This document shows, one piece after another, positions 39,422 to 50,551 of a stretch of DNA of 64,000 nucleotides. The translations under genes and the position numbers were made by a program. Position 1 is the first letter of the stretch; each line of letters opens with the position of its first letter. The notes under the pieces were generated by a model. It made no database searches and was not told the DNA's origin. It saw nothing but the letters and a program-made list of their open reading frames with translations. This stretch comes from Longimicrobiales bacterium. Its GTDB lineage: Bacteria > Gemmatimonadota > Gemmatimonadetes > Longimicrobiales > Gaopeijiaceae. The DNA lies in contig CBDAON010000004.1 in assembly GCA_965198065.1 (NCBI GenBank), positions 2,368,001 through 2,432,000 on the forward strand. The letters run 5' to 3'.

Positions 39422-42400
39422 TCCCAACCGAGCCGACGGCGGGCCGGAGGCGGCCCGGGAGCGGGAACCCGGTGCCGAGCGGGCGCGCCGAGGACTTCTT
39501 CTTCCACGAGAAGGATCTCGGCGGCCAGCGGGTCATTGCGTATGTAACCCTGGCGGTCGTGCTGGTCTCCGGAAGCGTCCTCCTGAACGGCGTCGAGCTC
39601 ACCGGTAGCCCGAACGTCCACACGCTGTTCGAGACGGTGGCGACCATCCTCGCGCTCATCGCGGGGGTGCTCGCGCTCGTCCGCTTCTACTCGCGCCGGC
39701 GGAGGACGTATCTCTTCATCGGGACCGGGTTCCTCGGGACCGCGCTCCTCGACGCGTACCACGCGGCTGTCACTTCTCCGTACCTGGCTTCGCCGGCGGA
39801 CCTGGAGTTCGCGGACCTGAAGGTCTGGACGTGGATCACGTCCCGCGTCTTCCTATCGCTCTTCCTGTTCGTGAGTTGGCTCGTCTGGCACGGGGAGGAG
39901 GCCGAGGAGGGGGAGCTGGGCGAGCCGGTGGAGGAACCGGAACCCGAGGCGCCCCTGGCCGCGTCCCTCCCCGCCGATGAGCCCGAGACGGTACCCGAGT
40001 GGTCGGTCTATACGACGGCAGGTGCGCTCACGCTCATCATCTTCGCGTTTTTCTTCTTCAGCCCGCTTGCCACCGCGTATGCGCCGGGCCAGACGTTCTC
40101 CCGCCCCGCCGAGATGTTCCCCGGATCGCTCTTCGCGCTCACCCTCGCTGGGTATCTCTGGAAGGAGGAGTGGAGACAGGACACGTTCGAGCACTGGCTC
40201 GTCGTGGGGCTCATGCTCGGTCTCACTGCCCACGTGGGCTTCTCGATCTTCTCGTCCGAACTGCACGACTTCGCCGAGTTGGCGGGACACGTCCTGAAGG
40301 TCCTGAGCTACGGCGCGGTCCTCGTCGGGCTCATGGCGAGCGTCTACCTGACGCTCCGCCGTGAGGCGGAGGCCTCCGCGGCGATCCTCGAGGCCAACGT
40401 GGCCTTGGCCCGGGAGATCGGGGTTCGCAGCCAGGCAGAGCGCGTCCTCCAGGAGGGCGAGGAGCGCCTCCAGGACTTCCTGGACCACGCGACGGACCTC
40501 ATTCAGAGCACAGATCCGAGCGGGCGGATCATCTAGGTGAACGAGGCGTGGAAGCGGACCCTGGGATACGGGGACGCCGAGCTGAAGGACCTCAACATCC
40601 TGTCTGTCATCCACCCCAGCTCGAAGGACTCCTTCCGTGCGACCATGCGGAAGGTGTTCAAGGGGGCGTCGGTATCGGACTTCGAGGTCGTCTTCCGGGC
40701 GAAGAAGGGGGAGGCGGTCATCTGCTCGGGGAGCTCGAACTGCCGGTTCGAGGATGGGCGCCCCGTGGCCACCCGGAGCATCCTCCGAAACGTCACCGAA
40801 GAGCGGCGGGCCGAGGACGAGCTGGCGCGCTCGCAGGCGAATGTACGGGCCCTCTTCGAGAGCACCGGCGACGCGATCTGGACCGGGAGCACCGGCTTCT
40901 GACGTTCAACACGGCCTACGCCCTGACGGTGGAGGCGCTCAGCAGGCGGGCTCCCGAGGCGGAGGATCGCATCGACACGCTGGTGCCCGCGGAGGAGGTC
41001 GACTGGTACGAGGGGTGTTACGATCGGGCCCTGGCCGGCACCCGTTTCTCGGCTGTCCGGACGGACGATCTCGGAGGGCAGCCCCGGATCTACGAGCTCT
41101 TCTTCAACCCGATCGAGGCCGAGGAGCGAGCCTCCGGTGTGGTCGTCTTCTCGAAGGACATCACCCGGCGTCGGAAGGTGGAGGAGGCGCTAAAGAGCGC
41201 GAAGCTCGAGGCGGACAAGGCCAACCAGTCGAAGAGCCAGTTCCTCGCGAACATGAGCCACGAGCTCCGAACTCCCCTAAACTCGGTGATCGGGTTCGCT
41301 AACATAGTGCTGAAGAACAAGGGGGGGCAGCTCGAGGCAAAGGACAAGGGATTCCTAGAGCGGATCCTGGCGAACGGGAAGCACCTGCTCTCCCTCATTA
41401 ACGAGATCCTGGACCTGTCGAAGATCGAGGCGGGGCGAATGGAGCTCGAGCTCGAGTCCACGGACGTGGAGGAGCTGGTGAATGAGACGCTCGCGCAGCT
41501 CGAGGGTCAGATCGGGGGCAAGCCCGTCCAACTCCGGAGCGAGGTGGAGGGCGATCCCGGGCCGCTCCTCACGGATCCCGGCAAGCTCAAGCAGGTCGTG
41601 ATCAACTTGGTCGGAAACGCGCTTAAGTTTACGGAAAAGGGCGAGGTCGTTGTGCGGATCGAGTCTGACGGCAGGGGTGAGGAGCCGCGCCGACTCAAGA
41701 TCCGTGATACCGGTGTGGGAATTCCCGAAGACCGCCTCGAGGCGGTGTTCGAGGCGTTCCAGCAGGTGGACGGGAGCACCGCCCGGAGGTTCGGGGGCAC
41801 GGGGCTGGGCCTCGCGATCTCCCGCTCGCTCTGCGCCCTCATGGGTTATTCGGTGACCGTCGAGTCGGAGGTCGGGGTGGGCTCGACCTTCACGATCCAC
41901 GTTGCGGAGGCGAAGCACGCGACGGGAGAGAAGGGCATGGACACCCTGGAGGATGCGCCGCACGCGCGCTGGGCGCCCACCACCGTAGATCCCGCCAAGG
42001 ACCTCAGCGGGAAGACCGTGCTCGTGGTGGACGACGAGGCCGATTCACGCACGCTCCTCACCCACTTCTTGGAGGAGCTCGGTTGCCGCGTGGTCACGGC
42101 GGGAGACGGGGTTGACGGGCTCGAGATGGCGAGGCGATTTCGGCCCGACATCATCACGCTGGATCTCATGATGCCTCGCATGAGCGGATGGGAGATGCTC
42201 CAGGCCTTGAAGGATGATCCGGCCCTTCGGGACATCCCGGCCGTGGTCGTGAGCGTCGTCGCGGAGGAGGGGGTGCGACAGTTCGTGGGGGCCGTGGACG
42301 TCCTGACCAAACCCGTGGATCGTGACGAGTTGATCCGCGTCCTGAGGCGAAACGTGTCCAAGGAGGCTGGCCGGGTCCTGGTCGTGGACGACAACCCGGA

Positions 42401-42755
42401 CGCGAGGCTCATCCTCCAGCGGTACCTCCGGGAGGCGGGGCTCGTCGTGCACACCGCCGAGCACGGGGAAGCCGCGCTCTCGTACCTGAGCCGGGAGGAT
42501 GTGGACCTTGTTCTCCTGGACCTGATGATGCCGGTTATGGACGGCTTCTCGACGCTGAAGCGTCTCCGTAGCGCGGGCCACCGGGGCTCGCTTCCCGTGG
42601 TCGTCCTCACCGCGAAGGAGCTTTCGGCCGAGGAGGAGCGCGTGCTCCAGGAGCAGTCCGAGGGCGTGATCATGAAGGACGGAGACGTCGAGGGGCGGCT
42701 CCGAGAGGTCCTCGATCGGTACTTCCGGCCGGAGGCGGTCCCCGAGGAAACCTGA
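39418..42755 (+). pseudogene. Hybrid histidine kinase (MASE3-like TM, PAS, PAS, HisKA/HATPase, REC, REC); in-frame TAG 40534 and frameshift near 40883
   Basis: HTLFE..A, multi-TM sensor; PAS GRII*VNEAW; FLANMSHELRTPLN, NLVGNALKFT, DTGVGI, GGTGLGL; two REC domains. Confidence 0.85.
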
Positions 42756-43714
42756 TGGAAACAGCGGAGGCCGTCGCGACACGCCCCCGAATGAGCGAGG
42801 AGGAGCCCGAAGCCACCGGCGTGGCGGTCACCGGAAGCACCGGACTCGTCGGTGAGCCGCTCGTCCGGGCCCTCCGGCAGGCGGGATACCGGGTCGTCCG
42901 CGTCTCCCGTCGGGCGAACGGACAGCCGGGCTGGGTGCGCTGGGATCCCCGGCGCGGCGTTCTGGACGGGAGCCGGCTCGAGGGGCTCCACGCGGTGGTG
43001 CACCTGGCAGGCGAGCCGATCGCTGGGCTTCGATGGACCTCCGCGAAGAAACGCGAGATCCTGGAGAGCCGCGAGGCCGGCACCCTCCTTTTGTCCCGGG
43101 CCTTGGCGAGCCTTCGCAAGCGCCCCACTGTCCTCCTGTCTGCCTCGGCCGTGGGGTACTACGGGGACCGCGGGAGCGAGAGACTCTCCGAGTCAAGCGG
43201 TCCCGGCGACGGCTTTCTCGCGGACGTATGCCGAAAGTGGGAGGCGAGCACCTACCCGGTTAGCGCACTCGGAATCCGGACCGTGCACCTTCGTTCCGGC
43301 CATGTGTTGTCCCCGGCGGGAGGGCTCCTCGGGGCAATCCTCCTCCCGTTTCGACTCGGCCTCGGGGGGCGGCTCGGCTCCGGTCGGCAGTATATGTCCT
43401 GGATCGACCTGGACGACGCCATCGGGATGATCCTCCACGCACTGACGGACGCGGGTCTGAGGGGACCGCTGAACGTCACCGCGCCGAACCCCGTGCCGAA
43501 CGCTGCCTTCACCGACGTCCTGGGCCGGGTCGTCGGCCGCCCCACCCTCATTCCGGCTCCTTCTCTCGCGATCCGCGCCGTCCTCGGGGAGATGGGCGAG
43601 GAGCTCCTCCTGGCGGGCCAGCGCGTGCTGCCGGAACGCGCGCTCCGCACGGGGTATCAGTTCCGCTTCCCCGACCTGGAGGATGCGCTCCGCCACCAGC
43701 TGGGCCTTTCCTGA
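42755..43714 (+). CDS. TIGR01777/YfcH-like NAD-dependent epimerase
   Basis: TGSTGLVG, VHLAGEPI...RW, SASAVGYYG, GSGRQYMSWI, N.TAPNPV. Confidence 0.88.
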   Translation: METAEAVATRPRMSEEEPEATGVAVTGSTGLVGEPLVRALRQAGYRVVRVSRRANGQPGWVRWDPRRGVLDGSRLEGLHAVVHLAGEPIAGLRWTSAKKREILESREAGTLLLSRALASLRKRPTVLLSASAVGYYGDRGSERLSESSGPGDGFLADVCRKWEASTYPVSALGIRTVHLRSGHVLSPAGGLLGAILLPFRLGLGGRLGSGRQYMSWIDLDDAIGMILHALTDAGLRGPLNVTAPNPVPNAAFTDVLGRVVGRPTLIPAPSLAIRAVLGEMGEELLLAGQRVLPERALRTGYQFRFPDLEDALRHQLGLS

Positions 43715-43749
43715 GGTTCCGGCGCCATCTTCTCGTCCGGAGGGCCGAC

Positions 43750-44373
43750 TTGAGCGAGCACGCATCCGAGCCCCTCTCCCGCGAGGCTCTGGTGAGCGAC
43801 GGGCTCCGGGCCTTCTCCGATTGGTTCGGTGACGCGCAGGCGCGCTCCGGCGTATCGAACCCGAACGCTGCGTGCCTTTCCACGGTGAGCCCGGACGGTC
43901 AGCCGCAGGGACGGATCGTGCTCATCAAGGGAGTGGATGAGCGCGGCATCACGTTCCACACGAACTACGAGTCGGCGAAGGGAAGGGAGCTTGCCGCCGC
44001 GCCCAGAGCCGCACTCACCCTGTACTGGCACGATCTGGGGCGCCAGCTGAGGGCCGGCGGGGCAGTCGAATGGCTCTCACCCGAGGAATCCGACGCCTAT
44101 TTCCGCACCCGGTCGCGGGGAAGCCAGATCGGCGCGTGGGCGTCGGACCAGAGTCGGCCCGTGGAGAGCCGCCAGGCGCTCGAGGCCCGGGCGAAGGAGG
44201 TCACCGATCGCTTTCGGGGCCGGGAGGTGCCGCGACCCCCTCACTGGGGCGGGCTCCTCCTCCGACCGACGGAGATCGAGCTCTGGCAGGAAGGCCGCGA
44301 ACGGCTTCACGACAGGATCCTCCTCCGGCGTGAGGAGGGCGGGCTCTGGGTGGCCGAGCGCCTCTTTCCCTGA
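43750..44373 (+). CDS. pdxH: Pyridoxamine 5'-phosphate oxidase
   Basis: RIVLIK, TNYES.KG, YFRTRSRGSQIGAWAS.QS, RPPHWGG, ELWQ....RLHDR, ERL.P. Confidence 0.95.
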   Translation: MSEHASEPLSREALVSDGLRAFSDWFGDAQARSGVSNPNAACLSTVSPDGQPQGRIVLIKGVDERGITFHTNYESAKGRELAAAPRAALTLYWHDLGRQLRAGGAVEWLSPEESDAYFRTRSRGSQIGAWASDQSRPVESRQALEARAKEVTDRFRGREVPRPPHWGGLLLRPTEIELWQEGRERLHDRILLRREEGGLWVAERLFP

Positions 44374-44419
44374 AGCGGGCTCCTGGGCCGGCCCCCTTCG
44401 CACCCTGGCCGATCGGCGC

Positions 44420-45070
44420 TCAGATCTTCCCGACGATCTGCCCGTCCTCGTCGAGCTCGGGGTAGGGGTGTCCGTGGCGGTGCAGATACCGGGCGATCTT
44501 GGGATACCCGCACTCGAAGAGGAGTCGGGTCCTGAGCTCTGGATCCAGCCGCGGCGAAGCGTACATGCCGGCCCGGTCCCTCTGGCGGAACGCCTCGTAG
44601 AGGAGCAGCGAGGTGGCGACGGAAACATTGAGCGATCGGACCATCCCCACCATTGGGACCCGAACCGTGCGGTCGGCCAACGCCAGGGCCGCCTCGGAAA
44701 TTCCGAAAAGCTCGGCTCCCACGAGGAACGCCGTGGGCCTCGTGTAATCGATTTCCCGGTAGTCCACCGACCCGGGACCGGGATCCGCGGCGACGACCTC
44801 GAACCCGTCGGCCTGGAGGGTGCGAACGGCCTCCGCGCCGTCCCCGTGCCGGCGTACCCTGATCCAGCGCTCGCTCCCGCGGGAGGTGGCGGGGTGGGGG
44901 GTCAGGCCTCCGTCCGGGACCACCGCGTGAATCTCGAGGACGCCGACCGCGCAGTTGCGGAGGATGGCCGAGAGATTGTGGGTCTTGTTCACCCGATCCA
45001 TGAGGACCGTGAGGTCCGGCTGGCGCCGCTCCAGGACTTCGCGGATTCGAAGAAAGCGCTCCTTTCGCAT
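44420..45070 (-). CDS. trmH: tRNA (guanosine(18)-2'-O)-methyltransferase (SpoU family)
   Basis: RRQPDLTV, HNLSAILRNC, DYTRPTA..VGAE..G, PMVGMVRSLNVSVA, FRQR..AGMY. Confidence 0.9.
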   Translation of the reverse strand: MRKERFLRIREVLERRQPDLTVLMDRVNKTHNLSAILRNCAVGVLEIHAVVPDGGLTPHPATSRGSERWIRVRRHGDGAEAVRTLQADGFEVVAADPGPGSVDYREIDYTRPTAFLVGAELFGISEAALALADRTVRVPMVGMVRSLNVSVATSLLLYEAFRQRDRAGMYASPRLDPELRTRLLFECGYPKIARYLHRHGHPYPELDEDGQIVGKI

Positions 45071-45226
45071 GGCCCTCCAGTGTAACCGCTGGCCGGGCCA
45101 GCTGTCTCGACTCTGCCCGTACCGCCCGCTGGCTGCGTCGCCCGTGCCGTCCTCCCCGCTTGTCACGGGTGCCTCTCGCAGCGATCCTGGGGGGAGCGGG
45201 CCGTACGCACCTCCACGGAGGCTTCG

Positions 45227-46885
45227 ATGAGTGAGCGCGGAAGGGATCGAGTGAGGGTGGTGCTGGGGACGCGGATCGTGGCCTCCATGTGGCTCGCGAT
45301 CGGTGCAGTGCTGATCGGACCGGTGGCCGGGAGCGGCCAGGTTCCCAATCCCCCCGAGGAGGCCGCCCTCGCGGTGCCTCCGGAGATGCCCTACTTGCCT
45401 GAGGTACTCGGGCCGTACAGGCGGCCGATCACGACTTCGTCGCCGTGGGCCCAGGCGTACTTCGATCAGGGCCTGCAGCTCCTTTATGCGTTCACGAAGC
45501 CGGCCGCGGTGAGCTCGTTCCGAGAGGCCCGGCGGCAGGACCCGTCCTGCGCCATGTGTTACTGGGGCGAGGCCCTGGCGCTCGGTCCCTTCCTGAACGG
45601 CAGGATGAGCGCGTCCAACGCGGGACCGGCGTACGAGGCTGCCATGGAGGCTCTGCGCCTCGCTGAAGCCCAGTCCCTGCCAGCCGCCGAGCGCGCGATG
45701 ATCGAGGCCATGTCCGTGCGCTACTCCGAGGTGCACGACCCCGCGACGCGCGCGCAGCTGGACAGCATGTACTCCTCGGTAATGGCCGAGGTCTACCGGA
45801 CGTTTCCGAACGACCTGGACGTTGCCACCGTCTACGCCGAGTCGATCATGCTCCTGGACACGGAGCGGGCCAACTACCGGCTCGGGAGCGAGTTCGTCCA
45901 GAGCTTCCACCGCGTTCTGGAGGCGACTCTGGCACGGGACCTCTCACACCCCGGAGCCTGCCACCTGTACGTCCACGGTACGGAAGCCACGGAGGATCCG
46001 GGCCGCGCTGAAAGGTGCGCGGATCTCCTCGGCAGCTCGATTCCGGGGGCTAGCCACATCAACCACATGCCCTCCCACACCTACAACCGTATCGGCCGCT
46101 GGGCGTCGGCCGTGCGCGCGAACATCGAGGCCTGGCATTCGGACCAGCGGGCCGAGTACGGGGAGGGCGTGTCGTACGCCGGGTCCCACAACCTGCACAT
46201 GCTCCTCTTCGCAGCGTCCATGGACGGTCAGGGCTCGATCGCGGCCATGGCCGCCCAGGAATACGCCGACGTGTCTCCGGGAGGCGTCTTCTACCAGGCC
46301 CTGGTCGCGCTCCGGTTCGGAGAGTGGGAGGACCTCCTCGCGCTAGATGGGCCTCCCGATCAGCCGATCCAGAGAGGCCTCTGGGAGTTCGCCCGCGGGT
46401 ACGCGCACCTGAGGACCGGAGACGCCCAGGAGGCGGCCGAGTACCTCGCCCGTGCCCGGGCGACGGCGACATCCGCGGGGGACCAGCGGTTTCGCGGCGC
46501 CTCGGCGATCGACCTGATCCAAATCGTGACGAACCTCCTCGAGGGAGAGATGCTGCGGGAGGAGGGTCTCACCGCGGAGGCGCTCCAGCTGTTCGAGCGT
46601 GCCGTCGAGTCGCAGGATGGGCTGCCGTACAGCGAGCCCGAGGTCCTGAACTTCGCCGCGAGGCACTGGCTTGGAGACCTGCTCCTGGAGTTGAACCGGC
46701 CGGCTGAAGCAGAGACCGTGTATCGGCGCTCCCTGGAGGCGCATCCGCACAACGGGTGGTCCCTCTTCGGCTTGGAGCGGGCGATCCGGGCCCAGGGCCG
46801 GAGCGCGGAAGCCGATCAGGTGAGGGCCGAGTTCCGGGAGGCGTGGGGGCGGTCCGACACGCTGATCCGGGCGTCGAGGTTTTAG
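45227..46885 (+). CDS. Secreted TPR-containing protein
   Basis: AQAYFDQGL.L.YAF, DPSCAMCYWG.ALALGP, HPGACHLYVH, HINHMPSH, P.NGWSLFGL. Confidence 0.75.
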   Translation: MSERGRDRVRVVLGTRIVASMWLAIGAVLIGPVAGSGQVPNPPEEAALAVPPEMPYLPEVLGPYRRPITTSSPWAQAYFDQGLQLLYAFTKPAAVSSFREARRQDPSCAMCYWGEALALGPFLNGRMSASNAGPAYEAAMEALRLAEAQSLPAAERAMIEAMSVRYSEVHDPATRAQLDSMYSSVMAEVYRTFPNDLDVATVYAESIMLLDTERANYRLGSEFVQSFHRVLEATLARDLSHPGACHLYVHGTEATEDPGRAERCADLLGSSIPGASHINHMPSHTYNRIGRWASAVRANIEAWHSDQRAEYGEGVSYAGSHNLHMLLFAASMDGQGSIAAMAAQEYADVSPGGVFYQALVALRFGEWEDLLALDGPPDQPIQRGLWEFARGYAHLRTGDAQEAAEYLARARATATSAGDQRFRGASAIDLIQIVTNLLEGEMLREEGLTAEALQLFERAVESQDGLPYSEPEVLNFAARHWLGDLLLELNRPAEAETVYRRSLEAHPHNGWSLFGLERAIRAQGRSAEADQVRAEFREAWGRSDTLIRASRF

Positions 46886-47356
46886 TGGCCTGGAAAGGAT
46901 GAACACTTGGCATCCGAGGATGCGCGCTGGGCTCGCTCCGGCTGCGTTTCTCCTCCTCGCCGTAGCGCTGCTGGGCCGCGTCGTCAGGCCTTGTCGGCTG
47001 GGGCCCGTCGCTCGTCTCGCTGCTCGAGCTTCGTCCGTTCCAGGCCACTAGCCCGGAGGCCCCTCCCGGGCGGCGGGAGGCCGAGGCTCTCGGGCGGATG
47101 ACGGGCGGGTCACGCGGCCGGCGTGCCCAGCTCCTCGGAAGACCATTCGCGCGGCTGATCGTCCACGCCAGGCGACGACGTCGCGTCGGCAGGGGCGAGA
47201 ACTCCGGAGATTCTCACGGAAACAACGCTGTCGGTCACGACCGAACTCCTGGGATCGGACCGATAGGGTGAGGACCCGTTTCGGGGTGGGGGGACGAAGT
47301 GAGATACCGGGACGGAGCGGGTGCCCCCGTCCCCGGCGGGACCGGACGCCTGGCGG

Positions 47357-48565
47357 TCATCGGCTGGCCGCGTCTGTGCCGGCGGGCTCGAGGCGCACGA
47401 TCGGGGTGAGCTCGCCGGTGCCACGGGCGTCGATAGCTACGTAGATCAGGCCGTCCGGGCCCTGGGTAATGGCGCGCACGCGCCCGAAACCGTACATGAG
47501 CGGCGGCCGCTCCATCCTCCCGACGTACACCCCTTCGCCCTCGCCCACGAGGGGAAGGCGGGCCATCTGGGGATGGGCCATGCCACCCATGAAGACGCTG
47601 TTCTTCCACTCGGGGAACGCGTCACCCGTATAGACCATCAGCCCGGACGGGGCGATGGACGGCGTGAAGTGCTGGAGCGGGTGCTCCATCCCCGTGACCT
47701 CCCTCGTCGAAAAGAGCTGGGTCCCACCGTAGTTCGTGCCGTAACCGACGACCGGCCAGCCGTAATTCCGCCCCCGCTGGATGAGGTTCAGCTCGTCCCC
47801 ACCCTGGGGGCCATGCTCGTTCTGGAAGATATCCCCCGTCTCCGGGTGGATGGCTAGCCCCTGCGGACTCCGGTGTCCGTAGCTCCAGATCTCCGGGAGC
47901 GCATCGGTCCGTCCGACGAACGGGTTGTCGGCGGGGACACGCCCGTCGTCGTGCAGCCGAATGGTCGTCCCCTGATGGTTGCTGAGATCTTGGGCCGGGT
48001 GTAGGTACGCGGTCTCAATAGCGGGGGATGCCTGCCGGTCTCCCACCGTGATGAAGAGGTAGCCCTCCCGGTCGAAGACCAGGCGAGATCCGTAGTGGCC
48101 ACCGCTGGTGCTCCACGCCTGAGCCTCGAAGATTTCCTCGACGTTTTCCAGCCGGTTGCCTTCCAGCCGGCCCCGTACCACCGCAGTTGTGCCCTGGCTC
48201 CCGTCCTCGTTCGGCTTCGAGAAGCTCAGGTAGATCAGCCGGTTGGATTCGAAGTCGGGGTGGAGGGCCACGTCCAGGAGGCCTCCCTGGCCCAGGTAGC
48301 GGACGCTCGGGGTCCCGGCGATCGGCTCCGGCTGCAGGACCCCGTCACGCACAATCCGTAGCCGTCCAGGCTTCTCTGTGACCAGCATCTCCCCGGTGGG
48401 GAGAAAGGCTATCGACCAAGGATCCTGGAGGCCGTCCACGACCGTCACGACCCGGTAGGGTCCGCGCTCGGCTTCGTATGCTGTCTCCTGGGCGCCGACC
48501 GAAGGTGCGAGCCAGAAGGCGAGGACGATGAAGCTAGCTGGAATCAAGAAGCGGGTCGGGTGCAT
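47357..48565 (-). CDS. PQQ-dependent sugar dehydrogenase (YliI/GSDH family)
   Basis: PWSIAFLP, GQGGLLDVALHPDF, HYGSRL, DGRVPADNPF, WSYGHRSPQG, EHGPQGGDELN, NYGWP. Confidence 0.92.
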   Translation of the reverse strand: MHPTRFLIPASFIVLAFWLAPSVGAQETAYEAERGPYRVVTVVDGLQDPWSIAFLPTGEMLVTEKPGRLRIVRDGVLQPEPIAGTPSVRYLGQGGLLDVALHPDFESNRLIYLSFSKPNEDGSQGTTAVVRGRLEGNRLENVEEIFEAQAWSTSGGHYGSRLVFDREGYLFITVGDRQASPAIETAYLHPAQDLSNHQGTTIRLHDDGRVPADNPFVGRTDALPEIWSYGHRSPQGLAIHPETGDIFQNEHGPQGGDELNLIQRGRNYGWPVVGYGTNYGGTQLFSTREVTGMEHPLQHFTPSIAPSGLMVYTGDAFPEWKNSVFMGGMAHPQMARLPLVGEGEGVYVGRMERPPLMYGFGRVRAITQGPDGLIYVAIDARGTGELTPIVRLEPAGTDAASR

Positions 48566-48693
48566 GTCGACTCCTTTGGCGAATGGACATCGCGCGTCGG
48601 TACGACCCGGTGCCGGAGATTGGCGACCGCGGGGCGTTCCATGTCGAATATGGTGGTGGACCTCGGCCGGATGGGCAAGCGAGGGAGGCGGGC

Positions 48694-50343
48694 CTACCCG
48701 AACGTCTGGTACCGGCCCGCCTTGTAGTCGGCCCAGTACGCGTCGAGTAGTCCCCGCACCTTCCCGCTCAGGATGTACACCCCGAGCAGGTTTGGGAATG
48801 CCATCCCCAAGATCATCAGATCACCGAACTCGAGAATTTGGGTCGCGGTGATGATCGATCCCAGGAACACGAACGCGAGGAACAGGATCTTGTACGGCAG
48901 GGAAGCTCCCGCCCCGAACAGCCAAACCGCGCAACGCTCCCCGTAATAGGACCAGGAGATCATGGTCGAAAACGCGAAGAGCGCGACGGCAAACGACAGG
49001 ATGTAGGGGAAGAAGGGCAGCTGCTCCCCGAAGGCCCTGGAGGTCAGCGCCGCTCCCGCGTTGCTCGCGATCAGATCGCTGTAGGCCGGATTGTTGTACG
49101 CGCCGCTGAAAACGATCACGAGCGCCGTCATCGTACAGATGACCACCGTGTCGATGAAGGGCTCGAGCAGGGAAACCATCCCTTCTCGGATGGGATACTG
49201 CGTGCGCGCTGCGGAATGCGCGATCGCTGCCGACCCGGCGCCCGCCTCGTTAGAAAACGCAGCCCGCTGGAACCCGATCACCAGGACGCCGATGAAGCCG
49301 CCGTACGCGGCCTCGGGGGCCAGGGCCTGGCGGAAGATGGTCAGGAGCGCCGCCGGGACGTTGGGCAGGTTGGAGAGGATCACGATCAGCGCCGCGGCCA
49401 CGTAGACCAAGGCCATGAGGGGAACGATCGCCTGAGCGGTGTGCGCGATCCGGCGGATCCCTCCGAGGATCACGATCCCCACCAGGATCGTCATGAGCAG
49501 GCCGTACACCCAGCTGAAGTCGTTGAGCGCCGGTATGGTCTCCTGGAGCGCGTTCAGCGACTGGCTCACCTGAAACGCGTTCCCGCCCCCGAGGGAGCCC
49601 CCGATGCAGAGCACCGCGAAGAGCACCGCCAGAACCCTTCCGAGGCTCCCGAGTCCCACCTCGGCCAGGCCCTTTCTCAGGTACTGCATGGGGCCGCCCA
49701 GCACGTTCCCCCTCGGCCCGACATCCCGATAGGCCTGACCCAGCGTGCACTCGGCGAACTTGGTGGACATGCCCAAGAGCCCCGCGATGATCATCCAGAA
49801 CGTCGCGCCCGGCCCGCCGATGCTCACCGCGATGGCCACTCCGGCAATGTTCCCCAGTCCGACCGTGGCGGACAGCGCAGTGCTGAGGGCCTGGAAGTGC
49901 GACACGTCCCCGGGCTCGTCGGGACTCGTGTACCGGCCGCGTGTGATCTGCACCGCGTGCTTGAACGCACGGATGTTGACGAAGCCCATGCGCACCGTGA
50001 GGTAGATCGCCGCGACGACAAGCCAGGCTACGACCAGCGGGAGCTGGGCGGTCTCATGCCACCACATCAGATCGACGAAGAAGACGGACGCGACCACCCC
50101 GTTCACGCGGCCCATGGCGGCATCGGCGCGCTCCTCCCAGCCGAGCGGGGCCTCCCCTTCGCCGGCCTGCGTCGCCGGAGCGGGGGGCGGCTCTGGAACG
50201 GGCACGGCCGCGGCGAGTCGGATCGGCGAGGTCGCTGTGGGGGGCGATCCAGGTGGCGTGGCCGCCACGGGGACCGGGGAGAGAGCGGCCACGCTCGCGG
50301 CCTGGAGCAGGACGAGGGGGAGGAGCCAGAGTCGTGATCTCAT
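48694..50343 (-). CDS. Alanine/glycine:cation symporter (AGCS) family
   Basis: SHFQAL.TALSATVGLGNIAGVA, GGPGATFWM, GGPM.Y, FSNEAG.GS, EPFIDT, FST.ISWSYYGE. Confidence 0.92.
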   Translation of the reverse strand: MRSRLWLLPLVLLQAASVAALSPVPVAATPPGSPPTATSPIRLAAAVPVPEPPPAPATQAGEGEAPLGWEERADAAMGRVNGVVASVFFVDLMWWHETAQLPLVVAWLVVAAIYLTVRMGFVNIRAFKHAVQITRGRYTSPDEPGDVSHFQALSTALSATVGLGNIAGVAIAVSIGGPGATFWMIIAGLLGMSTKFAECTLGQAYRDVGPRGNVLGGPMQYLRKGLAEVGLGSLGRVLAVLFAVLCIGGSLGGGNAFQVSQSLNALQETIPALNDFSWVYGLLMTILVGIVILGGIRRIAHTAQAIVPLMALVYVAAALIVILSNLPNVPAALLTIFRQALAPEAAYGGFIGVLVIGFQRAAFSNEAGAGSAAIAHSAARTQYPIREGMVSLLEPFIDTVVICTMTALVIVFSGAYNNPAYSDLIASNAGAALTSRAFGEQLPFFPYILSFAVALFAFSTMISWSYYGERCAVWLFGAGASLPYKILFLAFVFLGSIITATQILEFGDLMILGMAFPNLLGVYILSGKVRGLLDAYWADYKAGRYQTFG

Positions 50344-50551
50344 CGTTCCTCGGAGGAATGTGCCGTCGCGCCTCCCCGAACCCACCTGGGGTCGACCCGC
50401 AGATCGCGAATCGCGTGGGTACAGCGACGGCTCACGGACCGGAAATGCAGGGGCCCTCCCTTGCGGGGAAGCAAGGTACCGTGAGCCTTATGGGCGAGCA
50501 AGCGAGGACGATCCGGGTGGTCCGGCCCCGTGCCGGCAACCCGATCCGCCG

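Noticed and set aside
15893..40536. Stop-codon recoding (in-frame TAG at 15893 and 40534, TGA at 10373)
   Set aside because: TAG and TGA end many intact genes here, the residues expected at these sites differ, and frameshifts co-occur; errors explain them better
46886..47356. Short ORFs between the TPR and GSDH genes
   Set aside because: No recognisable motifs or consistent frame
50344..50551. Glycine riboswitch upstream of the Ala/Gly symporter
   Set aside because: No GGAGA...CCGAAG...CTCTCAGG pattern seen
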